Assembly (NCBI RefSeq): GCF_004010195.1
Contig: NC_057719.1
Span: 47,066,719-47,130,718, forward strand
Reading direction: 5' to 3'
DNA length: 64,000 nucleotides
Origin: Chiloscyllium plagiosum
Lineage: Eukaryota
Part shown: positions 50,371-62,898 of the stretch, in pieces
Position numbering within the stretch: position 1 is the stretch's first letter
Layout: every line of letters begins with the position of its first letter
Notes under the pieces: generated by a model
Database searches by the model: none
What the model was told of the DNA's origin: nothing
Seen by the model: the letters and a program-made list of their open reading frames with translations, nothing else
Translations under genes and position numbers: made by a program

Positions 50371-53300
50371 CTGATAGTAAAGTCACATAAATTGAATTTT
50401 TCAATTATCCGTAAGTGGAAGCTTGTTTTAAAAAACATTTTTTTCTGGATATAACAAATGATTTTACCAATGTAATTCTATCCTTGATATATTGTTAATC
50501 ACTAAAGTTTTCCTTCTATCTATGGGCTTACATACTGTACACTTCAAAAATGGGATTCATGATCTCAATGTAAATGAACAGCATAACAAAGAGATCATTA
50601 ACTTCATTAACGTAGCTTTTGATACCCTCTATGGTCTAGCTGATGCTTGTTTGCTTGTGCAGAACTGAGCAGATATATGACAAAAGGCAGAGCAAATAGC
50701 CAATTGAAATCATATGTCGCACTGAAATGAGAGGGGTTTACTTTTAACATTGAAATATATGGTAACATACAGTCCAGATAGTTCCCAAAGAGATACCTTT
50801 ACAAAGGCTTGTAGTAAGGAGACTTGTTTAGTCTCCTGAGAAAAATGTCATCTTGATGTTCGCCAGTGAGACCTCTGATCTTCCCAACTATTTGAGTGTA
50901 TAAACATCTTCCGTGATACTGGAGACATTTTGCAACAGTCTTCTTCATATTGAACAATCTAAACTATGCCTAAAGGCAAGACTTCATACCAGAATACAGG
51001 TGGCTACTCTGTATTCAGCCTTTGGAAACTAGATGTCCAGTTAATTTTTGATTTCATACAAAAATAAATTATTTTATTAATTTATCTTCTTATGAGAGAG
51101 AATAACTTTACAGTGATATAAAATGGGGCCATTGAGCATCAGATCTGAACATGGAAATGTAAGTGGCAGAAAGGCCAACAAAATATCTTTCAAGGAACCT
51201 GGTTCTAATTTGAAGTGTTCGGAGTCCAGGCAAGTTATGCATGTGTCATGGATTCTCACTGGGCTAGATCAGATAAAGTGCAATTTGTGCAAGTGTTTAT
51301 TGCATACACACACTCTAGAAATCTATGCCCTTAACTACTGGCATGCAGGCCACATTTGCTGATAGCTTCTCTAACCTCTTTTGATCTTATGGCCTCTGCT
51401 CAGGAAATTGCATTCTATTTGCCAATGCTTTCAGATAAATTAAGCAGAGTGGGCACTGTGCATTGTCACCAATTTTGCTCTTTTTACTGAAAATGACAAG
51501 GCATCCAACTTTCTGAACCAGACCTTGCTCTGCAGGCTGTTAGCTCTTTACTTCAAGAACTGAGCTCTTGAAATTCATTTTATTTGCAAGGACATGCATT
51601 TCAAAGTTTGCGTGCCCTTTTCCTCCCCAGTGCTCCCTCTAAGCCCCCAGCTGAATTCTAGTAATGAGTGGCCATGGAACTCATTGCCCTTCATCTTGCT
51701 GGGATACGTGCACCTTTTGAACTACCATCTGCAAGTGTGCTGATGTACTAACTTGTTAACTATGCCATACTGTGAAGGAAATGGCATGATTTAGATCAAG
51801 TGTTCAGGACGGCTGTTCATAAGAAACACTCGAACCAAGCTGTTGCAGTTCAGGATGTGCCCTAGGGAGAGAGGCTTCGTTTCGGGTCACGCTCTTGTCT
51901 TGTATGAGGGCAAGCACAGAGTAAAGAAATCACGGTATTATGCCAAAGCTGTGAGAGGAAAAACATTAAGAACCCAGAGAAGTGAAGCTGCCAAATTAAC
52001 TTCTCACCTTTTCAATCACACTCCAGAGGGTAGACGCCTGAAATTTATGCTTCTGAAAGAAGCTCAGTTTACATTAAGGAAGACGTTACTCCACTTTTAT
52101 AGATTATAACTAGCCGTGGCTTCACTCAATCAATCGAAACTTTACAGCTCATTAATACTTACTTTGTTATCTGCATTATTTATGCAGAATAATATAATGA
52201 CTTTTGTGCTTAGCTAAAGTCTGGAACCATTTTTAGGAAAATCATTAAAACTCTAAGGTTACATAAAACACAACTAAATTAAGAGTGAGTATTGAAACTG
52301 TTCCAAGAAAATAAAGTAACTACAAGCTATCTTGGGTGAGGTCCAAAGCAAGAATTATAAATGAGTTCAAAACACAATTTGTGATATGAGTTTTATTAAG
52401 TTGAAATGAAAGAAGTTCTTGAACTTTTTAGCCTTTTAACTGCATTGTTAATCTTGAACATTCAATGTATTTCTCTACTGAGTATGTAAATGTATTATTG
52501 CAATTATTCTCTCAAACAAATTTACTTCCCCGCACACTCTAAATCTGTTTAGTCATATTTAATGGTGTCAATTATTGGAACAGGCTTAGGCTATGAATTT
52601 CTTACTAATGGCTTTAATAACATTAGTAAATGAAAAGCAGATGGCTTTAAGTTGGCTTACTTTGAAAAGACATATGAGTATTTCTGTTTTTAATTTATAT
52701 ACTCTTCTACATCTGGAATTCCTTATAATTAAAACTAAAAGCTCAACTACTACTTCCACCTCTCCAATGTTGAAAAGATGAATACAATAATAGGTTTCTA
52801 AACAGTTGGAGTACAGAAAGGTTCACTTTCTTTTCCTGAACAGCCAGGCAAAACATCCATGTTAACTCTTCTCAGTGAAAGCTTGCAAGTCATGTCTGCA
52901 AGTGTTTGGGAAATTCAAGAATTTTTTTAAAAAGCTTTGTATTGCTATGTTTCAATTTTTAAAACATAATTTTGCTCCTAACATAAAGTTGAATTCCTTT
53001 TTTATTGAAATTGTAACTCTAAACAAACATTTCCAATGCAGCATAAATGAACTAGTAATATTTTTTACAGATGCAGTTCAATTGTATTTCTCCCCATCTA
53101 AGGTTCCCCAAGACAGGAGCCTTGCTTTCTTAAGATGGCAGGTGGCTACACTTTCTGAATGGATCCTCACTCTACACCAGTTGTTACATTAGATGTAGCT
53201 TTGATCATTTTCTGATTTTTTTTTTTGCCTTCTTCAAAGAAATCGTCTCACCACTGTCTCACAGAGAGATCTGGCACAGGAACCATTCAGCCACACATAC

Positions 53301-54899
53301 TATGGTTCCATGGGATATTGTGTAAGTGCTACTAAGTCTAAAATTGAGATGGAGTTCCTAATCTGCTAATATCCTTTCCTTTGCAATTTTTTTTATTTGT
53401 CTTCCGTAAAATTTCATTTTCTTAAAATAGGAATTTGAACTGTACAATTAATATAATGGCATGATGATTAGATCTGAAACCAGCGATCCGAAAGATAAGT
53501 ATACTTTCTTTTTTCAATAGTTAACATCATAGTCTTTGTTATATGAAACATTTACCCCCAAACAGATGTGAAAAATATAATTGATACTGCGAAATAAAGG
53601 ATATTAAAGGAAGTACTGTTCTGTATTAGAAACCAGAATGGTTGTACTTACATTGTTTATGCACACTTGCTGAGAAGTACGGAGCACTGTTTGGTAGTTT
53701 ACAAACTGACTAATGATATTTTTGAGAATGATGTGTTTGTCTAATCTTCTCTATCCTGATTGATACCTCATGTGGAGGTATCCATAAGACCTGGAAACAG
53801 CTTGTATTCCCTAATATCATTGCATTGTCTGCATTTTTGCATCAGGAATAAATTAGGATACCATCTGGCTTAGCAAAGATAAACTTTCAAGATAAAGAAC
53901 TCTGTTTAGTTTTCCATGCATCACAATTCAATCAAAGCATCAGATAACACGTTTTTCTTCTGACATAAATACTGGGGATGTTACTTACAGACTTTTTAAT
54001 TTAGTAACTAAGTTTATAAACTTAATAAGTTATGAAAAACGTGACCACGAAGGAGCATTTCAATGCTCTTAAAGTAATCAGTGCTAAAACTGAAATTTTC
54101 CACCTGCTTGTTCTTGTTATCTGGCAACAATTCAAGCTTGGCATTAGTAAATTCTAGCTGTTGAAAAAAATACCCCTTACAAGGCTGGATAATCGGTGGA
54201 ATAAATATCTTGTTAGAAAATTGAAATTTCATGTCCTAATACAACAGGTAAAGCATCTTTGATGTACTCCTCAAAGATCTTAAGAACATTTACAATTTGA
54301 ACTTATATAATGGCAGTAATAGCAGTAATGACCTGAGAAGTGTAATTTAAGTGGAAATAGCAAAATAATTCATACATTATATTCAGTATAGCTTAATTAG
54401 TAAGTCCATCATGCTGAGAATTGTTACTTGGGGCTGCGACATCAGGCGAGAACTGTAGAGGTAGCAGCTTATTTAATGCTTATATTCTTAATGATGTTCA
54501 CTGTTTCATAAAATTGCTTGGCATCTAAAAACACAGCACGGCAGTGCAAAGCTGCTGCCAAACTCACTGTATCCAACTGAGTTTAGGCAGAATGGAAGTA
54601 TTGATTTCTTTTTGATAATTCTCCCGTGAAGGCTCTTTGGATGTTTTATAAAGTTAAAGGCATCACATAAATGCATGTTATTGTTACATGAATCCTAAGG
54701 ATATAAAAGCTGAGGTTAATTTTTAAAAATTGGACATGAGTAAAATATACTAATGCTACCTAGGTATGGCTGAATTTTCCCAATATTGTGGCAAGTGATT
54801 TTTCAGTGTAATTCAGGTCCAGTTTTGACTTTTCTCATGTAATCTTCTACTGGTCATCTCATTGATAATACAACTGGCTTCTTCAGCAACTGCTTCATG

Positions 54900-55500
54900 G
54901 AACCATGTGGCAGGAGAGGCTAAAGTGTTTGCAGCTGCTAGAACTTTGACATTCTTGCCAATGGCATCACATTAAACCTCATTGCCATAGCAGTTACCAT
55001 GTAGCGAGCCAGGCAATGGCCTTCACCCTTCACTGGTTGTCAAGAACTCTGAAGTATCCATGAAGTATCTATTAAACTTTTATTCCCATGTGTATTTAAA
55101 GAAGGATTGCTATAGTCAAGACTGTGTATGTAAATTCAGTGACCGTCTGGCAGAGTCCTGCATGAACCCTTGAAATGTCACACCTGTAGAACAAGAAGGG
55201 AAACTTCAACCCTTCCCCACCAGTAAACCATTTCCTGCAGGCATGGTTGTGGTTTACCATGGTGAACATCCATCAAGAATGGGCCAACTCCAGAGACCTT
55301 CAGCTTCAAATCCTCATCTAAGGAGGAAGGCCCTCAGTCCTCAGAGGATACACTGGCAAAGCTCGTAATTACACCATCTACCAGTTCAGAAACTTTTACC
55401 TCAGTGGGGTCTCTTTCTAGGTTGGACTCAGGAGCACCATCAGTGACATGTCACCACAGCTGGTGAGGGAAGAAATGCCTGAGCTCACTGACACAAAGCA
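54900..55500 (+). mobile_element. Possible PIF/Harbinger-related remnant (Ser/Thr-rich ORF region)
   Basis: 55325-55495 reads EEGPQSSEDTLAKLVITPSTSSETFTSVGS..., resembling from memory the downstream part of shark Myb/SANT Harbinger ORFs. Confidence 0.3.
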
Positions 55501-55569
55501 ATAAAACAAAACAATAGTAATCTGGTGGGGTGGGGAGTGGATGGGGGGAGTGGGTTTAGGAACAAGCAA

Positions 55570-56475
55570 CAGATGACAGACAAAAAGTGCTTCTATGGAT
55601 ATATGAAAAGAAATAGACTAGCTAAAGTGAATGAGGAGCCCTTAGAGGATGTAACCAGGGAATTAATAATGGGGAACGTGATAATTTAACAAATATTTTC
55701 CACTGATCGTCACAGTGGACACTAAAAATGTCTCAAAATTAACAGATAAGTAAGGTGCTAATGGCAGGAAAGAACTTGTCACAGTTTCTTAAACAAGGGT
55801 GAAGTATTTGACAAACAAATGGGATTGAAGACAGTTAAGTCACCAGGACATGATGGCCTGCATCCAAGGATTTAAAGCAAGTGGCTTCAGAGTAAGTGGA
55901 GGTATTGGTCAAGACATTCCAGAGCACAATGAATTCTGGGAGGGCGCCAGTGGATTGGAAAACTATGACTGCAGTGCCCCTGTACAAGAAGGCAGAGAGA
56001 CAGAAAGCATGAAACATTTGTTTAGTTAGTCTAATGTCTGTCATTAGGACAATACTGGAGTCCATTATTGATGGAGGAATAGCAGAATATTAAGAAAAGT
56101 GGAGTCAACATGGTTTTATGAAGGAAATCATGTTTTACACATTTGCTAAAGTTCTTTGATATAATAAGCAGAGTTAATATATGGGACCCAGTAGATATAG
56201 TGTATTTGGATTTCCAAACGGCATTCAATAAGATGGCACAGAAAAAGGTTATTGCACAAGAAATTGGGATATTGGTGAGGCTACACCTGGAGTACTGTGT
56301 GCAGTTTTGGTTCCTGTATTGAAGAAAGGATGTATTATCGTTGGAGACAGTCAAAAAGACATTCATTTGGCTGATTCTTAAGATGAAAGGGTTGACTTAT
56401 CAAGAATGGCTAAATGGGCTAGGCCTTGTTTCATTGGAGTTTGGAAGGTTATGAGTTGATTTTATTGAAATATAT
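55570..56475 (+). mobile_element. Decayed CR1 LINE RT region with internal deletion
   Basis: KSPGHDGLHPR, DWKTMTAVPLYKK and VDIVYLDFQTAFNK, then a jump to VRLHLEYCVQFW. Confidence 0.85.
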
Positions 56476-57167
56476 ATAGGTGGAACTGAGAAATAAAAAG
56501 GGGTGATCTTTTTGATGTGATTATACAGTAGGCCCCCTAGTAGTCAGCAGGAAATTGAGGAGCAAATATGTATGGAGATTGCAGATAGCTGTAAGAATAA
56601 TAGAGTTGAAATAGTAGGGGATTTTAACTTTCCAAACATAGACTGGGACTGCCATAATGTTAAGGGCTTGGATGTGGTTAAATTTGTTAAGTATGTTCAA
56701 GAAAACTTTCTCAACCAATAGGTAGATGGCCCTACTACAGAAAGGGTAAAACACAACCTCCTTTTAAGAAATAAGGAAGGGCAATTATCTGAGGTGTCAG
56801 TGGGGGAGCAGTTTGGAGCATTTTGGGACCAGTGACCATAATTCTACTGGTTTTAAAATAGTTATGGAAAAGGATAAGCCTGGTCCCTGAGTTAAAGTTC
56901 TAGATTGGGGCAAGGCCGATTTGACGGCATTAGACAGGAATTTTTAAAAGGTGTTTGGGGGAGGCTGCTCACAGATAAAGGGACGTCTGGCAAGTGAGAG
57001 GTTTTCAAAAGTGAAGTTCAGGGCCAGTGTGTTCCTGTTAGTGCGAAGGACAAGGTGGGCAGGAGTAGGGAACACTGGATGACTAGAGATATTGAAGCTC
57101 TGGCCTAGAAAACAAAGGAGGCATCTGTCAGGTATAGACATCTGGAATCAAGTGAATCCCTTGAGAA

Positions 57168-57286
57168 TGTGGAGGTACCAGTGTTAGACTTGTTTGGGCG
57201 AGGGTAGAACTCACACATCACCAGGTTAAAGTCGAAGAAATTAAACTTGTTGGACTACAGCCTGGTGCCGTTTGACTTCTGACCTT
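57168..57286. mobile_element. Collapsed palindromic Penelope-like insertion (family B)
   Basis: CACCAGGTTAAAGTC pairs with GACTACAGCCTGGTG as inverted arms. It is flanked by an imperfect duplication ATCCCTT(T)GAG at about 57156 and 57287. Confidence 0.6.
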
Positions 57287-57346
57287 ATCCCTTTGAGGAG
57301 TACAGAGAGTGTAGGAGCACACTTAAGAATGTAATTAGGAGGGCAA

Positions 57347-57739
57347 ATAAGGCACACGAGATAACTTTGACAGATAAGGTTAAGGAGAATCCAAAGAGAT
57401 TCTATAAGTACATTAAGAACAAAAGAGAACTAGGGAGAGAATTGGGCCCCTTAAAGATCAACGAGGTGATCTATGTGTGGAACCGCAGGAGATGGCTGAG
57501 ATCCTAAATGAATATTTTGCATCGGTCTATCCTGTGGAGAAAGATAAGGCACACGAGATAACTTTGACAGATAAGGTTAAGGAGAATCCGAAGAGATTCT
57601 ATAAGTACATTAAGAACAAAAGAGAACTAGGGAGAAAATTGGGCCCTTAAAGATCAACAAGGTGATCTATGTGTGGAACCGCAGGAGATGGCTGAGATCC
57701 TAAATGAATATTTTGCATCAGTCTATCCTGTGGAGAAAG
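57347..57739. repeat. 197-bp direct tandem duplication within the LINE
   Basis: 57347-57543 versus 57544-57739: I count 4 substitutions and one 1-nt indel. Confidence 0.95.
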
Positions 57740-58169
57740 ACATGAAAGCTAGGCTATTCAGAGAAATAAATAGTGATGCCTCGAAAAGAGTTCACAACAC
57801 AGAAGAGGAGGTGCCAGATGTCTTAAAATGCAGAAAGGTAGATAAATCCTTGGGACCTGATCAAATGTATCCAGGACACTGAGGGAAGCTAGAGAAGAGA
57901 TAGTGGGGCCCCTAGCGGAGATATTTGTATCATCGACAGCCATGGGTGAGGTGCCGGAATACTGGAGGGTATCTAATGTTGTGCCATTATTTAAGAAAGG
58001 CTGCAAGGAAAAGCTCAGGTACTATAGATTGGTGAGCCTGAGGTTGTTGGAGGAGATTCTGAGAAACAGGATTTACATGCAGCTGGAAAGGAGAGGGCTG
58101 ATTAGGGATAGTCAGCATGGCTTTGTGCATGGGAGATCATGACTCACAAACTTAACTGAGGTTTTTGAA

Positions 58170-58765
58170 GAGAACAAAGAACAAAGAAAAGTTACAGCCC
58201 AGGAACAGGCCCTTCGGTCCTCCAAGCCTGAGCCAATCCAAATCTACTGTTTAAACCTGTCACCCAATTCCTAAGCATNNNNNNNNNNNNNNNNNNNNNN
58301 NNNNNNNNNNNNNNNNNNNNNNNNNNNNNNNNNNNNNNNNNNNNNNNNNNNNTAAACCTTCTCTGCACCCTCTCCAAAGTGTCCACATCCTTTTGGTAAT
58401 GTGACGACCAGAACTATACACAATATTCTAAACGTGGCCAAACCAATGTCTTGTATAATTTTAACATGACTTGCCAGCTCTTCTACTCAATACCCCATCC
58501 AATGAGGGCAAGCATACTATATGCCTCCTTGACCACTCTATCCACCTGTGCAGCAACCTTCAGGGTCCAATGGACCTGAACTCCCAGATCTCTCTGCCCA
58601 TCAACTTTTCCCAAGGCTCTTCCATTCATTGTATAATTCACTCTAAAATTAGACTTGACTAAATGCATTACCTCACATTTGTCTGGATTGAACTCCATCT
58701 GCCACTTTTTCGCCCAACTCTCCAGTCTATCTATATCCTCCTGTATTCTTTGATTGTCCCTTATG
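58170..58765 (-). mobile_element. CR1 LINE 3' fragment spanning a gap
   Basis: RIQEDIDRLESWAKKWQMEFNPDKCEVMHL and DTLERVQRRF; the tail appears as AGAACAAAGAACAAAG on +. Confidence 0.95.
58279..58352. other. Assembly gap (74 N)
   Basis: Run of n. Confidence 1.
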
Positions 58766-58829
58766 CTTGCAACCTTGGCATTGCCATTCAGTGTGGACAA
58801 CACTGAGACTACAAGCAAATGGGCAGGCA

Positions 58830-59140
58830 TTATGCTGGGGCCTGGTCTGCAAAAATCATTCACACATCCAGCCACCTTGTGAGTGAGAGTATGGGTTCCA
58901 CACATCCCTGCAGGGAAAGCTTCATTCTATCCAATCAGCTTTTCCTGGGAGGGCACTGCTATTCAAGACTGGGAGGTGAACAATGAGCAATTGACATGTC
59001 CACTGTCCCACATAGTGCACTGGCCTGCCTAGGCAAGCTGCACAAAACTCCGCCTCTATGAGGTTAAACACAACACCACTGGATGCTCATGTTTTTCAGG
59101 ACAACATCGCAGTCTCCACAAATGCTGAAATGTTGGAGGC
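58830..59140 (+). mobile_element. Highly decayed PIF/Harbinger (HARBI1-like) DDE transposase remnant
   Basis: Ordered fragments LVCKNH, PCRESFIL, FLGGHCYS and RLYEVKHNTT resemble the LVCDH...PGSxHDxFIL...LGDxGYP...RYNxxH series. Confidence 0.4.
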
Positions 59141-59348
59141 AAACCAATGATGGAAGAGTGAAAAGGATGAACTTCAGGATTGCTCCACAGCTGCTGCTAT
59201 CATAAGAGCCTTCAACACACTACACTCAGATATTTTATGTAGACTGAAGTCTTAAAACCACCTGACGTTGGTGACAAGAAAGAGGCAGCCTTGTGCATCA
59301 CAGACCAAGTACTAAGATTCTTACAGCTCAGAGTGCGAATGTGGTGGT

Positions 59349-59479
59349 CGTGATTTGGAGATGCCAGTGTTGGACTGGGGTGTACAAAGTTAAACATCAC
59401 ACAACACCAGGTTATAGTCCAACAGGTTTAATTGGAAGCACACTAGCATTTGGAGCGTCGCTCCTTCATCAGGTGGTTG
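59349..59479 (-). mobile_element. Penelope-like short repeat (family B)
   Basis: Reverse complement is CACCTGATGAAGGAGCGACGCTCCAAATGCTAG...AAACCTGTTGGACTATAACCTGGTGTTGTGTG. Confidence 0.8.
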
Positions 59480-60933
59480 CTCCAAGTCATTGCCTTTCAC
59501 TGATAGCCATGGGATGTATTTCAGAAATGCAAAGTCCAAGTAATGCTTTTAAGTAAGAGTCTGATTATATTTATTTAGCTGATATGACAAGATGGTAATT
59601 AGTGCAACCAATGTAATGGGCATAATTGCTTAAGGCCATCATTTATAATTTGCATTCATGGACCATGAATCTGTTGCCAATGAAATGCAATTTGATGGAA
59701 GCTGGATGGCCTTAGTCGATCAGTGCAAGCATCATTTATCCTTGTGAGGCCTCACAATCAAACAGTATTAATCTGTCCCTGCAGATAAAACAGTAATTCA
59801 CTCGATTCACTCTTCAGGAACTGGCAGCAGTTTGGTCTGGCTATGGTACAACTGCCTTTGGATCGAAGATAGCAAGGTTTCAACAGCATGTCCTTGTCAA
59901 TGACATATAGTCTCCACCGCGATACAAGGTGATCTCCCCATTCTTTATTTGCCCTTTTGTGTTGCTATTCCTGTGTCCCCAGTGCATCCTTCCTTTTTTC
60001 ATTCAGCCACATTATACAAACATTAATGTCCTCAATTTACATGAAGAGCCCATGGCTTTGTGAATTGCCGTGCCTTTATTGACTGTACATTCTTCTTGAG
60101 TCATAGAATTATAGTGATCTGTAAATATTCACCCTCCCATAGGTCCTCACCAATGTCCTGTTCTCCTAGACATCTAACCCTTTATCTCAAACTGTTCCCA
60201 AGTACGGTAATCATTACTTCAAAGGCCTAGTCAATGAGACCCACTCTGAAATTTTGATAACCTGTTTTTCCCAGAACTCCATGGATTTCCTCCTGAAAAG
60301 AGCACCAGCCATTATTAACCAAATCCCTAGGACTGACTTGGCAGGAGCCCCTGAATGGATGTCCTCCAGAACCCCAGTCAGCACACCTGTGATTTACATA
60401 CCTGTTGCACTTGACCTGAAATGGCCATGGTCTGATTCCAGAACAGTAAGAACACAGATCTCAGAACTATGGACAGACCAAGAGGTTCTTATTTTTGCTG
60501 TATTCTCTCAACTTTCTTGCTATTGCCCATACCACTCCAGAGGACAGGAAATGTCACCCACAGTGCCTTGTTACATAAGCAAAACATTTATGTCAGGCAT
60601 TAATGTTTCACTGGTATCTGGTCATGGCAGTTTCATATATATATGCTATTAGAAACTGTGTATGGATTGACACATCAAAGATCATAGAACCAAACAGAAC
60701 ATAAGAGGCTCTTCAGCAAAACTACCCCAAAGCTATAGCAGTCCCACCTTCCACCACTAGGTATATGGCCTTGAATATTATGATACTTCTAGTGCTTATC
60801 CAATTACTTTTCAAAAGTTGTGAGGTTTCCCACCTCAACTACATTCCCATTATCCAACTCTCCATTGTCATGTACATTTTGAATTCCCCAAATTTCTAAA
60901 TATACACACAACTATTCTCGTGAATTAACCTTT

Positions 60934-61029
60934 ATTCCTGATGAAGGGCTTTTGCCTGAAACGTTGATTTCACTGCTCCTCGGATGCTGCCTGAACTGCT
61001 GTGCTCTTCCAGCACCACTAATCCAGAAT
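60934..61029 (+). mobile_element. Penelope-like short repeat (family A) with hammerhead-like core
   Basis: CTGATGA-A-GGGC-TTTT-GCCT-GAAA-CG-TT starting at 60938. Confidence 0.8.
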
Positions 61030-62665
61030 TTAGTTAGTCCTGTCAGTTTCTGTATATGCTATTCATCTGGATGATATTGTTTCCCGAGGAGGTGTTGTTT
61101 TGTTGCTGAGGTACTGGTTGTTCTTCCATTTCTGTTGTTGAGGACATTGTGGACCTCTTGATCATTCTGTGTCATTGGTGAATTCACCTCTTCCTGATCA
61201 GTCACTTTCTCCAGTTGAGAGTTTGTATGCAGTTTTGACACCATTCCTAGTCGTTCACTTCCACTGTGCTTGATTGTACACAGTTCCCAAGTTACTACTT
61301 GGGCTGGTCTTTGATGAAAATATCTCTTAGTTGAAAACATCTCTGTCAGCAGCACTGAAGTCAGCAGGTCCACCTGCTAGTCATCACAATAGTAGTCTAC
61401 TGGAACAAGAGATTTCCTGTGAGAGCGAAGAGGTCTACTCCCAGCTTCAGCCACGGTCTCTCTGGGATATCATGTGCCATCAGCAGCACTCTAGCTTGTT
61501 TAGCTTGTTACTCATTACCAGCCCTGCACTGACTGATGTGGTCCTTTATCTCATTGTTCATTATTGACCAGGAGAACACATCTCTTAGCATTCTCAGACT
61601 TGACTCAGTTCCTTGGTTGTTTACATGGATGTGCTTTAGCATTTTTCCTTTCAACTGCTTCAGTATTATCACTATTTTCTTCGTACAGTATGCCATCTTG
61701 TGCTGTTAATTCATCTCTAATAATGCCTAATAATCTCTTATAACAAGTGTGTCCTTGACTCTCCTTTTTCAGTAACACTTGGAGATTTGCATCTTGTTGC
61801 TTCATTTGAGTAAGGCATTTGTCTGTTATGTTCAGTGAGTTGCTGAGATTGATGTCTTCCAGAGCATGATGAGCTGCTGCTTCACATATGTATGGAAGAT
61901 TTCATTTTCTGTGTAGTATCCTCCACTCTCTTTTAGCAGGCATTCTGCACTCAACGGTACATCTGCAGTATGCATCTGCTTCGCTAGCTTGTACCTTATG
62001 TCCAGATGGTATTTCTGTCACTGAAGTAGCATGTGTTTCAGACTCTTTGGAGCAGATAATAGCGGCTTAAGGAAAATGCTTTGAAGTGGCTTACAGTCAG
62101 ACTTGAATGTCACTTTGTATCTTCCAAGTTGGTATTGATGAAAAGGTTCACAATCAAAGACAATGGCCAGACACTCTTTTGTGATCTAAGATTAGCGCCA
62201 TTATGTTTGTGTTAATACCCTGGATGCAAGTATACTAAATTGCCTTTACTACACTAGATTTGCTCCGAGTTCTATCTTGCGGGCATCGCACTACAAGGTG
62301 ACTTCATCACTGATGTCATATTTCAGCTCTGGCACTGCCATCACTAGTTGCTTCTCTTTAGTAAATGCTGCTTCTTGTTCCTTACCCTAATACCATGGTG
62401 TGCCTTTGGTCATGAGTTGGTATAATAGTTCTGACAACAAATGGGGCAAAAAATCTGCTAAATAGTTGATGAATCTAATAAATCATTGTGCTGGGTGAGC
62501 TCTGTCAAGCTGTCCCCTTAGGTTATGATAATGGTCAGCAATAGTTTCCTTCATTGTGTCTCTGCATCCATCATCTGGCAGACCATCAATCTGGGAAGAT
62601 CACTAACTATTCAATCTGGTCTGCTTTTTGGAGCAGTGGAAATGCCAAACCATATGTGTGACTAT

Positions 62666-62898
62666 GAGAAAATGAGGACTGCAGATGCTGAAGATCTGAG
62701 TTGAGAACGTGGTGCTGGAAAAGCACAGCAGGTCAGGCAGCATCCATCGAGCAGGAGAATCGATGTTTCAGGCAAGAGCCCTTCATCAGGAAATGATTAA
62801 TCACCATTCCTGATGAAGGGCTCTTGCCCGAAACATCGATTCTCCTGCTCCTCGGATGCCGCCTGACTTGCTGCACTTTTCCAGCACCACACTCTTGA
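62666..62898. mobile_element. Head-to-head palindromic Penelope-like insertion (family A) inside the Gypsy RT
   Basis: Arms 62709-62792 and 62807-62890 are near-perfect inverted repeats. A degenerate 15-bp TSD lies at 62651-62665 and 62899-62913. Confidence 0.85.
62806..62843 (+). ncRNA. Minimal type I hammerhead ribozyme-like motif (activity unknown)
   Basis: CTGATGA (62810-62816), A, stem II GGGC-TCTT-GCCC, GAAA (62830-62833), CA, then TC as the putative cleavage site. Stems I and III are very short. Confidence 0.55.

Larger units (their letters stand above)
56476..58169 (+). mobile_element. CR1 LINE ORF2 (endonuclease to RT N-terminus), disrupted
   Basis: GDFNFPNIDW, EPQEMAEILNEYFASVY, DKSLGPDQMYP, GEVPEYWRVSNVVPLFKKG and IRDSQHGFVHGRS. 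Confidence 0.95.

Noticed and set aside
56476..58169. Potentially active LINE
   Set aside because: It has multiple stops, frameshifts, a nested insertion and an internal duplication, and is truncated before the RT catalytic motif.
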